From NCBI RefSeq assembly GCF_001194135.2, contig NC_068993.1, forward strand, positions 26,096,022-26,160,021: DNA of 64,000 nucleotides, in the 5' to 3' direction. This DNA comes from Octopus bimaculoides. Taxonomy: Eukaryota. Under the pieces are notes generated by a model that was given only the letters and a program-made list of their open reading frames with translations, made no database searches and was not told the DNA's origin. Of this stretch, positions 51,835-63,247 are shown piece by piece. The first letter of the stretch is position 1, and every line of letters starts with the position of its first letter. The translations under genes and the position numbers were made by a program.

Positions 51835-54100
51835 TGGATGGAGAGAGAGATGGATCGAGGGAAGGAGAAAGAGAAATGGATGAATGCAGAGAAAAACTGA
51901 GGAATGGAGAGAGAGTGAGATAGATGGAAGGAGGGAGAGAAAAATAGATGAATGGATAAGGAGAGAGAGATGGATAACGAGAGAGAGAGAGAGAGAGATG
52001 GATGGAGAGAGAGAGAGATGGATGAATGGACAGAGAGAGAGAGATGGATGAATGGACAGAGAGAGAGAGATGGATGAATGGACAGAGAGAGAGAGAAGGT
52101 GGAGACAAAGATGAATCAATGGATGGGTAGGGAGAGAAAAATAGATCAATGGGGGGAGAGAGAGAGAGAGAGAAATGGATTGGTGGATGGAGAGAAACTG
52201 ATGGAAGGATAAAGAGGACGGAGAAGGAAAGAGAGAGAGAGATGTATGGAGAGATAGATTAATGGAAGGAGAGAGAGGAAGAGATGGATGGAAAGAAATG
52301 GATTGAGAGAGAAATATAGAATAGAGATGGATAAAGGGATCAAGATAGGGAGAGGGATGGATGGATGGATGGATGGGAAAGGGATGGATGAAAGAAGAGA
52401 AAGAAATGGATGGAGATGTATGAATGGAGGGAGAAAGAAAGATGAATGGAAGGGAAGAGAGAGAGAGGGGGAGAAGGATGAAGAGAAATGGATGGAGAAA
52501 AAGGGGAGGGGGAGGGAGAGATGGAAGGATGGAGATGAGGAGATGGATGAATGGATGGATGGACAGAGATAAGAATGAATGGAGAGAGAGAGAGAGAGAG
52601 AGAGGATGGATGGGGAGAGAGAGAAGAATGATTTCGGAGAGAGAGAGAAGAATGATTTCGGAGAGAGAGAGAAGAATGGATGGGGAGAGAGAGAAGGATG
52701 GGTAAAGAGAGAGATGATGGAGAGAAGGAGAGATGGATGAAGATAGATATATTGAGAGAAATAGATGGCTTGATAGAGGAGAGGAGGGAGAAAGAGAAAG
52801 AGGGATTGATGGCGGTAGAGATGGATGAAGATAGACAGACTGAGAGAGATGGATAGATTGATAGAAGGAGATGGGTGGAGGAGGAAGGAGAAAAGGATGT
52901 ATTGGTAAGATAGGAGAAAGAAAGAGAAATGGATGATTAGGAAGAGAGAATCTGACGGGGATGGATAAAGATGGATGGAGATAGGCAGAGAGATAGAGAG
53001 GGGAAGGTTAGAGATGTAAAAAAAATTGAAAGAATGGATGGTCAGGGAAAGACAAATGGCTAGAGAAGGAGAGAGAAAGAGAGAGGGAGAGAGATAGGGA
53101 GAGAGAAAGAGGGGGAGAGAGAAAGAGAGAGGAAGAGAGAAAGAGAGATGGAGAGAGAAAGAGAGATGGAAATATGGATAAATGGTTGGAAGGAGGGAGA
53201 GAGATGCATGNNNNNNNNNNNNNNNNNNNNNNNNNNNNNGGTATGAGAAGCGTAGGATATGGTTGGTTGGATGGATGAAGAGTTAGAGTTTGCAGAGAGA
53301 TGGATGAATGGCTAAATGGATGGATGAATGGATCATGGATGGAGAGATAGAGAGATGGATTAAGAGTTGGATGGATGAATAGAGAGATGAAAGGATGGAC
53401 AGTTGGACAGAGATAAAAAGAGACCCATGAGGGGATAAGTGGACAGAGAAAAGGATGGCTAGATGAGAGATGAATGACTAGAAATATGGAGACAGATAAA
53501 TGGATGGAAGGTGTGAGAGATGAATGGATTGATATGCAGAGAAAAAGAGAGATGAATGATAGTAGTATAAGAGCGAGGAAGATGAATGGCTAGAAATATA
53601 CACGCATCGAGGAAGAGATGAATGAATAGAAGTAGAGAGAGAGAGATAATGGATAGACAGAGAGAGTAATGAATTAATGGACAGAGAGAGAGAGAGAGAG
53701 AGAGACAGATAAATGGATAGATAGGGAGATGAGTGAATGGATGAGTGAGAGAGAGAGAGATGAATGGATGAATAGGGAGAGAAATGAATGGATGGCTTTA
53801 AAGAGATGACTGGGTAGATAGGAGATAGATAGGTAAATAGACAAATAGTGGATGGATGGATGGATGGATGGAGAGAGAGGGGGATGACTACAGAGAGAGG
53901 GGTGGAAAGAAAGATGGATGGATTGAGAGAGATTGATAGAGAGTGAAAGAGGTAAGAGAGATAGACAGAGAAAGACATGGCTGGCTAGATGAAGATGGAT
54001 GGATGGATATAGAAATTGCAGAATGATGAGAGATGGATGTAACAGAAAGTGATGGTGCCTGCATGGTGGCTAAGACAATTAGTCCAAGAGAGGCTAGCAG
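50660..54100 (+). repeat. ~3.4-kb purine-rich (GA/GGAT) low-complexity tract with nested 21-30 bp subrepeats
   Basis: Almost entirely G/A plus T in GAT, e.g. gacagagatggatcgatagaag repeats at 50930-51190. The long S/L/I/H/P-rich ORFs here are compositional artefacts. Confidence 0.95.
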
Positions 54101-54530
54101 GTACATATATTAAGAGACAGGAAGGCAGGCACCTTAGAATTTTACAAAAGAAATAATTTCACTGAAAAATCAATGGAGCTATTGTGGCGAGGCTGAGCTA
54201 AGCAACAGAACCTGTCTGCTAATGATATCAAACCAGTGGTAACATCGCACCAACACCCACACCACAGACCATACCAACAGCAGCAGCATCACTGCTCACT
54301 AGGTCGTTGATAACACCACCACCACCACCGCTGCTGCCAATATACCAGCACCACAATATAGCTTCACAGACCTCCTTCCCAACTTTTTTTCACTTCACAA
54401 GCCAGTTTACATTGTTTTTGTTGCTTTAATGATCAATACACACACACACACACACACTATAAGTATGAACACATTATGCAAGTGTATGAATAGACACATG
54501 CTTGCATAGCCAAACGTACACTCTCTCTCT

Positions 54531-54595
<65 letters not shown>

Positions 54596-55722
54596 TGCGT
54601 GAGCGCACATGTGTTATGTATGTATTATGCTAACTGTGCAGGTCATACGCAAGTTATTTGAGTACACACATACATTTATGCATATATAAAGGGAGTGGGT
54701 AGCTGATTTGAAGATATACTGTGTGTGTGTACGAGTGGGTTTACCATAATATACAGATGTACATATGACTTAGTAACATTGTATTGCAAATATATTTCAT
54801 ATTTTCAAGGAAACAAACCTACAAATTATAATGAAAATCTACTTATTTTAAAACAATAATACATCAAAGTATAAACTATGGTAATTTTCACTCTAGACAC
54901 TCTTTGTGTGGGAGTGGGGTATCTGTTCTTTTCAGATATTTAGATCACCCTTCCTTCTTAATTCCTCTTAACCCAACATCGAACTATCGAATTATCCTAA
55001 CAAAAACTACTACTACTACTACTGGTGATAAAATTATTAGTACCATCCTTAAGACATTGCCACCTCCGTGTCTAGTTGCAGTAACAATCCAAATCTTTTA
55101 AAATGCTTTTCGAGACATAACACATCTGAATGTACATAGGAACAGGTGAGCAAATACATACATTCGTAGAAACTAAATGGGATATACAAAACATGCACAA
55201 GACTTCTCTGTCACTAACACACACACACAATAACAAGTAGAAACAGATTACACAGATTACGTATAGACAATCAGTTTATAGAGATGTACAAACACAAACA
55301 TTAGGACATGATATGAAGAAAACACACGATCGGATTCAACCATACATAGATAATCACATAGATACACAGACGGAAAGGGTGTAAGGTGGGTTGAAAAAGG
55401 AGAAAGAAAACACCTTCAGATTCCATCCAATTTTCATGGTTAATGTTTAACATCAGTAATTAAGACACTGACCGGCTAAACGTCATGCAGTGTGTTCAGA
55501 ATGGTGTGCATGTTGTATGTATGTATATTCGGTATTTAGTCAGGATAGTACATGTATGCAATAAGTGGTATATGTCGGTGTATGTGAAGTGATGTTACGG
55601 TTAAATATATATACTTGTGTACAAAGAACACCAACGTTAAATACTGTACGTGTTATTTAGGTGGACAAAATATTTCAGAACACACCGCAGCTCCATCCGA
55701 TGCTAAACAATATGTATGTGTG

Positions 55723-55765
<43 letters not shown>

Positions 55766-56248
55766 ACATGTACATGCAGACACAAACCCCGTCATTATCA
55801 TATGCTGGACTGTATAAGTGAGTTTCCTACACTCCACACCTTCCAATCAAAAGCTTAACTGCATGCGTATATCTGTTAGAACTGGACATGTAAAGTACCC
55901 CTGCAAACACATCTTTAGACGCAGTTAAACTCTATATTTATTAAAACAGAACACCTATAGTAACCCTGCACACATTACTATCACCCACCCACCTCAGATG
56001 AAGTGAAACTATGTATCATGTACGAAGTGTTTTTGCTCCGTCGTTTCGTGTACACCGGTGCACATCACAATGAAATGTGTATGCAGTGTACTTTTGTACA
56101 CATCAAACACCAGATGCAGAACTGTATGTATATGATGTGTTATACATGACATAGTAATCGTTTGTACCACACTTAATTTCATCATCATCAGATAAATTTC
56201 TGACCACAATTGTGTCACATCTATAGTGGATGTATCAATTCAACACAT

Positions 56249-56279
<31 letters not shown>

Positions 56280-56660
56280 CTTGTTTTCATACATCACTTA
56301 ATTACACAACAGTTTTCATTTTTGATGGAGCGAAAAAAGCTTCATATAATAAATGAATGAATAAATGAGACACAAATCAGAAACACAAACATCACATTTA
56401 TAGATATATATATATGTATACATATGTAATGAGAAAGAATGTGGGGGATGCATGAATACGTATGTATGCATATATAGATAGATAGATATATACTGAGAGA
56501 GAGAGAGAGAGGAAGAGAGAGAAAGATGCGAAGTATTGAATGAAGTGAATAGTACGGATCTGTGTAAAGTTTCTTTTGTTAGATCGACAGGCAGACCAGT
56601 AATGTAACGAAAATGTAGACGCCAAAGAAAGAAGTATATATGAAAGTAGTAAATACTCAC

Positions 56661-56733
56661 AGGAAAGACCTGATGTTATTTTTGTTACATCAACTGGGTC
56701 GTTGTACGAGTGTATAGTACAGAGTGCCGCCAT
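56661..56733 (-). CDS. Probable first coding exon of a minus-strand gene (MAALCTIHSYNDPVDVTKITSGLS)
   Basis: gaaATGGCGGCA start context, 24 codons plus 1 nt, then a GTGAGT donor, in a locally CpG-retaining region. Protein family not recognised. Confidence 0.62.
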
Positions 56734-56810
56734 TTCAAGTTCCCGGATATTGAGGAAATTATCAAGTCGCAGCTTATTATCTCCCTTTAACTCCGGCTTC
56801 ACTCACTCAC
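56725..56810 (-). promoter_or_regulatory. Putative promoter/5' UTR of the minus-strand gene
   Basis: YY1-like motif (GCCGCCATTT on the plus strand) overlapping the ATG, ETS-like ccgg motifs nearby, and clustered CpGs against a CpG-poor background. Confidence 0.5.
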
Positions 56811-57373
56811 TCTTTCCCCCTCTTTCTCTCTCACTCGCTGCTTTTGCTTTCCCTCACACTCTTCCTTTTCCTCTTCCTCCTACTTTTTCTCCCCCTTCCT
56901 ATACGTTTACTCTGTCTTTCCGTCTGGAGTCTACTCTATTTTCACTCTCCCTCTCTTACGCTTCGTCTCCCTGACTCTGTCTTGTCTGTCTCACAGAGAT
57001 GTCCTTTTCTATCTATCACTGATTTGTTTTATTCTGTCTATCGTAATGTTTCTCCTCTCTCGCCCTCTATTTCTCTCTATCTAACTGTCTGCCGGCGTGC
57101 CCCCCCCTCTTCCTCTATGTCCTTTATTTATGTCTCATTCTGTCTGTCTGTCTATTCACCTGTCTGTCTCGCTTTCTCTTTCTCTTTCTCACTGTGTTTC
57201 TTCATGTCTCTATGTATAACGTATTCATTACCTTTCGTCACTCATTTTTACCCTCTATCCAGTGTTTGTGTGTGTATTGATCTCTTTTCCTACTTTCGTT
57301 TTTCTATGTCTGTGGTAATCTCTCTTTTCGCTCTTCACTAGTCAATTTGTCTATCTAACTGTTCTGTTCTCTC

Positions 57374-57414
<41 letters not shown>

Positions 57415-58210
57415 ATCTATTTATCTGTCTGTAATAGAGAAAATTGTCAAAAAGTATCTCACATACTTTCAGACAATTTTTCTTCCTCCACTGCGCTTGT
57501 GCTGCTCTCCCCCTACTTTCTATCAACCTCTTTCGATTCCATCTTTCCTTTCATTTGTTCCTCTTTCATCTCTCCTTTCCTCTTTCTTTCCGAAATCTTT
57601 CTCACCCTTCCTCCCTCTCTCTTTCTCTCTCTCTCTTCCTCCCTCTCTCTTTCTCTCTCTCTCTTCCTCCCTCTCTCTTTCTCTGTCTCTCCCTCTCTCA
57701 TTTTTTGACTATGCAACTGTTCGTCTATTCATGTCTTTTTAACTTTCTTCTTTTCGTCTACTCTTTGTTCTTTCTCTCTCTTTCACCCTCTCTCTCTCTT
57801 TCCCAATGTTCTTTTCTCACTCATCCTCTGTCTTTCCATTCTTTTTCACTTTATTTCTCTTTCCTTGACCCTTTCCCTCTCTCACTCTCTCTCTCTCCCT
57901 GCTCTTGAATACTCTCTTATTTCGTTTCTCTATCATTCTCAGTGTCTACTGATTATCACTCCTTCTATCTTCAATGTTTCTCTCTCTCTATGTTCGTCTT
58001 CCCTTACCTTCCCTCTTACCCCTTTTTATACTCTTTTCTCTCTCTCAGTCTCTCACTATCTATCTCTCTAATAAACCTGTTTTCCTCTTATTCATTCACT
58101 CTTCCACTGACATCGTCTCCGCACACATAGATAAAGTATCTCCTCTCTCCATCTTTTGACACACTTTCTCTCTCTATCTCTCTCTCTCTCTCTCTCCTTT
58201 CTCTCTCTCC
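56810..58210 (+). repeat. ~1.4-kb pyrimidine-rich (CT) low-complexity tract
   Basis: Dominated by C/T on the plus strand; complementary in composition to the 50660-54100 tract. Confidence 0.93.
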
Positions 58211-59379
58211 CATGCAGATGTTGTTCTTCACCTCACATGTCTAACTTTCCAGATAGATAAATCAATAGGTAAGACATTACAGTAAGGAAAGCTGATGCGA
58301 TCGTATTTCGACTGGTCATGGCGACTGGTATTAGGATTGGGTGAAGATATGAAGCAACCAGTTACTTATGGCAATCTCTTCTCACTGTTGCCAGCTTTGG
58401 CATAATTATGCCAATTTGGCATTTTCATATTTCAGTTCAACATAAGAAAAAACATTCTCTCATGCCAAACCCTATTTGGCATTATCAAACATTATTTGGT
58501 AATAATTATGGATTTATTGTAATATTAAAATGAAGTTATGGATTTATTTTAATAGCTTCAACACTCAACCTAACACAACAAATGCCTTATATTGTTACAT
58601 CAGCAATACACAAATGACTCAGACTTAGTCACTCGAATGAACACTCTTTAAAAACCAGAACATGCAAGTGTTAACAGACAAGGGACATTATCTTCCAGAC
58701 CAATTAACAGAATAAAAAATGTTTATCCACCCCAACACACTGGTATTAACGGATGTACCAATGTCATCACCTTTCAAACCAATAGCTAGCGCTCCTACTT
58801 TGTCAACAGACATGCCTACATCATATTCATTCTGACCAATCTAATTTTAACCAATACTATATTAGCAGTTGTCCTAAATCCTTGTTACTATTGGTTGGCA
58901 GATAGTCGAATCTTAAGTAACAAAGGCAAAGACATGCACCCCAGTTCTGGTACCATTAGTAACACTGTTTCTGATAGTGATTATGGAAGTGATAGCCACA
59001 ATAAACAGGGCAGAGATGGACAGCAGGCTGTTTACATGATGAGTTCATTTAAGATCTACTGTGAGCTCATTAGACCACCCTTAACTAATAGTAGAGATAT
59101 CCATCTATTCTATTTCACCCACACCTATAATAAAATGCAATATAAGTTCTCTGCCATACTTTGAAGAAGGACCAATCTCTGACACACAGAAGATTTCCTG
59201 TTTCTTTGCTTTGGCATCAAACTAATGTTAAAAACTATATATTCCTGATTGATATTTATTTTCTGACTTTTTATGTGTGCCATTTTGTTTTGTTCCTGAA
59301 ATGTTTCCATCGCTCCTCTCATAACCAACAGTTTCCAAATGCTGCTGAAATTTTATACTAGTTTGTGTGCATATTCTTT

Positions 59380-59590
59380 TATTCTTCTGCTTGTTTCGGT
59401 CATTTGACTGTGGCCATGCTGAAACACCGCCTTTAGTCAAACTAATCGACCCCAGGACTTATTCTTTGTAAGCCTAGTACTTATTCTATCTCTTTCGCAG
59501 AGCGGCTAGGTTACGGGTATGTAAACACACCAACATCAGTTGTCAAGCGATGGTGGGGGACAAACACAAATATACAAACATATATACATA
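59380..59590 (-). mobile_element. SINE family A, 3' half
   Basis: tgcttgtttcggtcatttgactgtggccatgctg ... cgaccccaggacttattctttgtaagcctagtacttattc. Confidence 0.88.
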
Positions 59591-59834
59591 TATATATATA
59601 TATATAAATNNNNNNNNNNNNNNNNNNNNNNNNNNNNNNNNNNNNNNNNNNNNNNNNNNNNNNNNNNNNNNNNNNNNNNNNNNNNNNTATATATAGGGTA
59701 TGAGAGGTATTGGTGTCAAGAAGACCCAAAGGTGTCAGGTAATGCTGAATAAGTGCTGTGGACAGACGATAGTTAAGCTCCAGGTTCAATAATGATACGA
59801 ATGAGGAATCCAAAGTAGATCGTGTATTAGCAAG

Positions 59835-59921
59835 CATATATATAAAAATTAACAGAATGAGATAAAAAATCCAAGGCTGTGAAATAGTTTTTTTTATTTC
59901 ATTCTGTTAATTTTATATATG
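59835..59921. repeat. Inverted repeat/hairpin with ~33-bp arms and a ~19-nt loop
   Basis: atatataaaaattaacagaatgagataaaaaa versus tttttttatttcattctgttaattttatatat. Confidence 0.85.
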
Positions 59922-60201
59922 TATATATATACAATGGGCCTCTTTCAGTTTCCATCCACCAAATCCACCGATATATATATATATCATTTTATTCAGGTAG
60001 GGAAAAAATTCAAGAGTGTCCTCTTGAAGCACATTTGCTTGTTCCAGTTTTACAATCCAGTTTGTGGTTGTTGTTGTTGTATTGATGAAAAGTACATATT
60101 AGAGTAGAAATTTCTGGAAATATTGGTATATAGCAAGACAAGAATCTGGAAAAGTTTTAGATATTATTTATTCACTGTTACACAATGTTTATATGTATGT
60201 A

Positions 60202-60336
<135 letters not shown>

Positions 60337-60621
60337 NNNNNNNNNNNNNNNNNNNNNNNNNNNNNNNNNNNNNNNNNNNNNNNNNNNNNNNNNNNNNNNN
60401 NNNNNNNNNNNNNNNNNNNNNNNNNNNNNNNNNNNNNNNNNNNNNNNNNNNNNNNNNNNNNNNNNNNNNNNNAGTACAGGATTTACCCATGGGATGAATT
60501 ACAGTGGGATTGTTTATCTTAAGTAGTCCTAGGTGCACACTACTATTCCATGCAGTTAGCCTGAACCCAGACTGTACCTGAGTGGTCATACACTTGAATT
60601 TATCCCTATATACTCATTTCA

Positions 60622-60664
<43 letters not shown>

Positions 60665-61477
60665 CCTGTCATTGTTTTCTTTGTATCATCTGTCTGGATG
60701 TTTTGCATTCTTGTCCCATTTTTATATTTTTTATATATAAAAAAAATATAGCAGCGTACGTACACTTTGGTCTCTTATATGTGTGTGTGTGTGTGTAAGG
60801 ACACAAGTGGAGTTTAAAGGAATTGCCATTGCAATCTCAGTAAAGATAACCAAAAGTTCAGGTTGGCCTCAAAAGCCCTGTGACCATTCAAGTACTTAAC
60901 ACAATTTGATGCCAGCTTGAACTCTTGGTTACAATTTCTTCCTCTCCTCACCTCTACTCATTCTTCTTTCTTTCGCTTTCTCTGTCTTCTTCTTGTCTTT
61001 TATTGCCTCTCAAGCCCTCATTGAATATGAATATGTATGATAGTGATCTATGAACTTCTATTATCTCTGATCTCTGCCCTAAGAGTATTGCCAGCCCTTT
61101 ATATTTTGACAGATCTTCAAATGTAGTCACTTTCGTTATGTTTGGCAAAGCTAGTCAATCTGAATCTTCTTCTGTTTATGTTTAAAACCACCTGATAAGA
61201 GTGGATTTTTTCACAATGCAATGTTGTGAATCTTTAAACTCTACTTGTGTTCCTTTTTCATGCAGAAGCCATAGCTGGACCATATCTATGCTGGATCTAT
61301 AACTTGCATTGGATCAGTGTGTATATGTATGCATGCACACACACTTACATACTCATATATATGGGAATATATAAATGTATGTATATGTATCGTATGTCTA
61401 TGCATGTGTGGGACTCAAGCTTTTTCCTAGTGTCCTGAATGTTAAAATATCTAGATCCCAATGAATCCTACAACTGA

Positions 61478-61519
<42 letters not shown>

Positions 61520-62128
61520 NNNNNNNNNNNNNNNNNNNNNNNNNNNNNNNNNNNNNNNNNNNNNNNNNNNNNNNNNNNNNNNNNNNNNNNNNNNNNNNNN
61601 NNNNNNNNNNNNNNNNNNNNNNNNNNNNNNNNNNNNNNNNNNNNNNNNNNNNNNNNNNNNNNNNNNNNNNNNNNNNNNNNNNNNNNNNNNNNNNNNNNNN
61701 NNNNNNNNNNNNNNNNNNNNNNNNNNNNNNNNNNNNNNNNNNNNNNNNNNNNNNNNNNNNNNNNNNNNNNNNNNNNNNNNNNNNNNNNNNNNNNNNNNNN
61801 NNNNNNNNNNNNNNNNNNNNNNNNNNNNNNNNNNNNNNNNNNNNNNNNNNNNNNNNNNNNNNNNNNNNNNNNNNNNNNNNNNNNNNNNNNNNNNNNNNNN
61901 NNNNNNNNNNNNNNNNNNNNNNNNNNNNNNNNNNNNNNNNNNNNNNNNNNNNNNNNNNNNNNNNNNNNNNNNNNNNNNNNNNNNNNNNNNNNNNNNNNNN
62001 NNNNNNNNNNNNNNNNNNNNNNNNNNNNNNNNNNNNNNNNNNNNNNNNNNNNNNNNNNNNNNNNNNNNNNNNNNNNNNNNNNNNNNNNNNNNNNNNNNNN
62101 NNNNNNNNNNNNNNNNNNNNNNNNNNNN
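61520..62128. other. Largest assembly gap (N run); the window has many others, several next to (TA)n
   Basis: N runs visible in the sequence; they cause the X-filled ORFs in the track. Confidence 0.99.
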
Positions 62129-63237
62129 TTTCGATTTCACTTGCCTCAACAGGTCTTCGCAAGCAGAGTTTAGTGTCCAATGAAGGAAAGGTATGCATAA
62201 GTGGGCTGCGTACACCCCTGGCAGAGGCCTTGGGTTATGGACTCACTTGGCTTACCGAGTCTTCTCAAGCACAGCATATTTCCAAAGGTCTCGGTCACGA
62301 GTCATTGCCTCGGTGAGGCCTAATGTTCTAAGGTCATGTTTCACCACCTCCCAGGTCATCCTGGGTCTACCTCTTCCACAGGTTCCCTCAACCACTAGGC
62401 TGTGGCACTTTTTCACACAGCTATCCTCATCCATTCTCACCAAGTGACCATACCAGCGCAAACGTCTTTCTTGCACACCACAACTGATGCTTCTTAGGTC
62501 CAACTTTTCTCTCAAGGTACTTACACTCTGTCGAGTATGCACACTGACATTACACATCCATCAGTGCATACTGGCTTCATTCCTTGTGAGTTTAGGCATG
62601 TCCTCAGCAGTCATGTCCCATGTTTCAGTGCCATGTAGCATGGCTGTTCATACACATGCGTCATACAGTCTGCCTTTTACTCTGAGTGAGAGGCCTTTTG
62701 TCACCAGCCGAGGTAAGAGCTCTCTGAAGAATAGCTCTCAGGCTATTCTTATTCTAGCAGCTACACTTTCAGCGCACCCTCCCCCACTACTAACTTGGTC
62801 ACCCAGATAGCAGAAGCTATCAACAACGTCTAGTTTTTCTTCCTGGAATGTGGCAGAAGTTGTTTTCTGTACATTTTCAGTGTTTATTGCTCCTGGACAC
62901 CTGCCACACACAAATCTAACTTCCTAGTTAACCTTCCTTTGATATTGCTGCACCTCTTGTGTGTCCATAGCTTGCACTGGGTACATCTTATAGAGTTTCT
63001 ACCTACGCCTTTTCTACAGATCGAGCAGGGCTATCTACCTGAAGGGGTTTGTGTTTTGTCTACCTTCCTACTTATTAGGACTTTGGTTTTAGCTATGTTG
63101 ATTCTAAAGCCCTTCGATTCTAGTCCTTGCTTCCACACCTGAAACTTCTCCTCTAGTTCTGATAGTGACTCAGCAATTAGCGCATGGTCATCAGCATAAA
63201 GGAGCTCCCAGGGGCATCCTGTCTTGAATTCCTGTGT
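62129..63237 (-). mobile_element. RTE LINE, RT C-half with PHD insert; well preserved
   Basis: QEFKTGCPWELLYADD...KTKVLIS, a C4HC3 finger, FCYLGD, RLRWYGHLVRMDEDSCVKKC...GRGRPRMTW...DRDLWKYAVLEKTR. Confidence 0.93.
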
Positions 63238-63247
63238 NNNNNNNNNN

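Noticed and set aside
50574-53978. Very long ORFs (up to 437 aa) on both strands
   Set aside because: They come from the GA/TC low-complexity tract, whose minus strand has almost no stop codons. The translations are S/L/I/H/P or E/R/D/G/M runs with no domain.
56661-56733. Possible NOL11-like N-terminus (MAAL...GLS)
   Set aside because: The resemblance is limited to a few residues and no downstream exon with NOL11 motifs was found, so no gene symbol is assigned.
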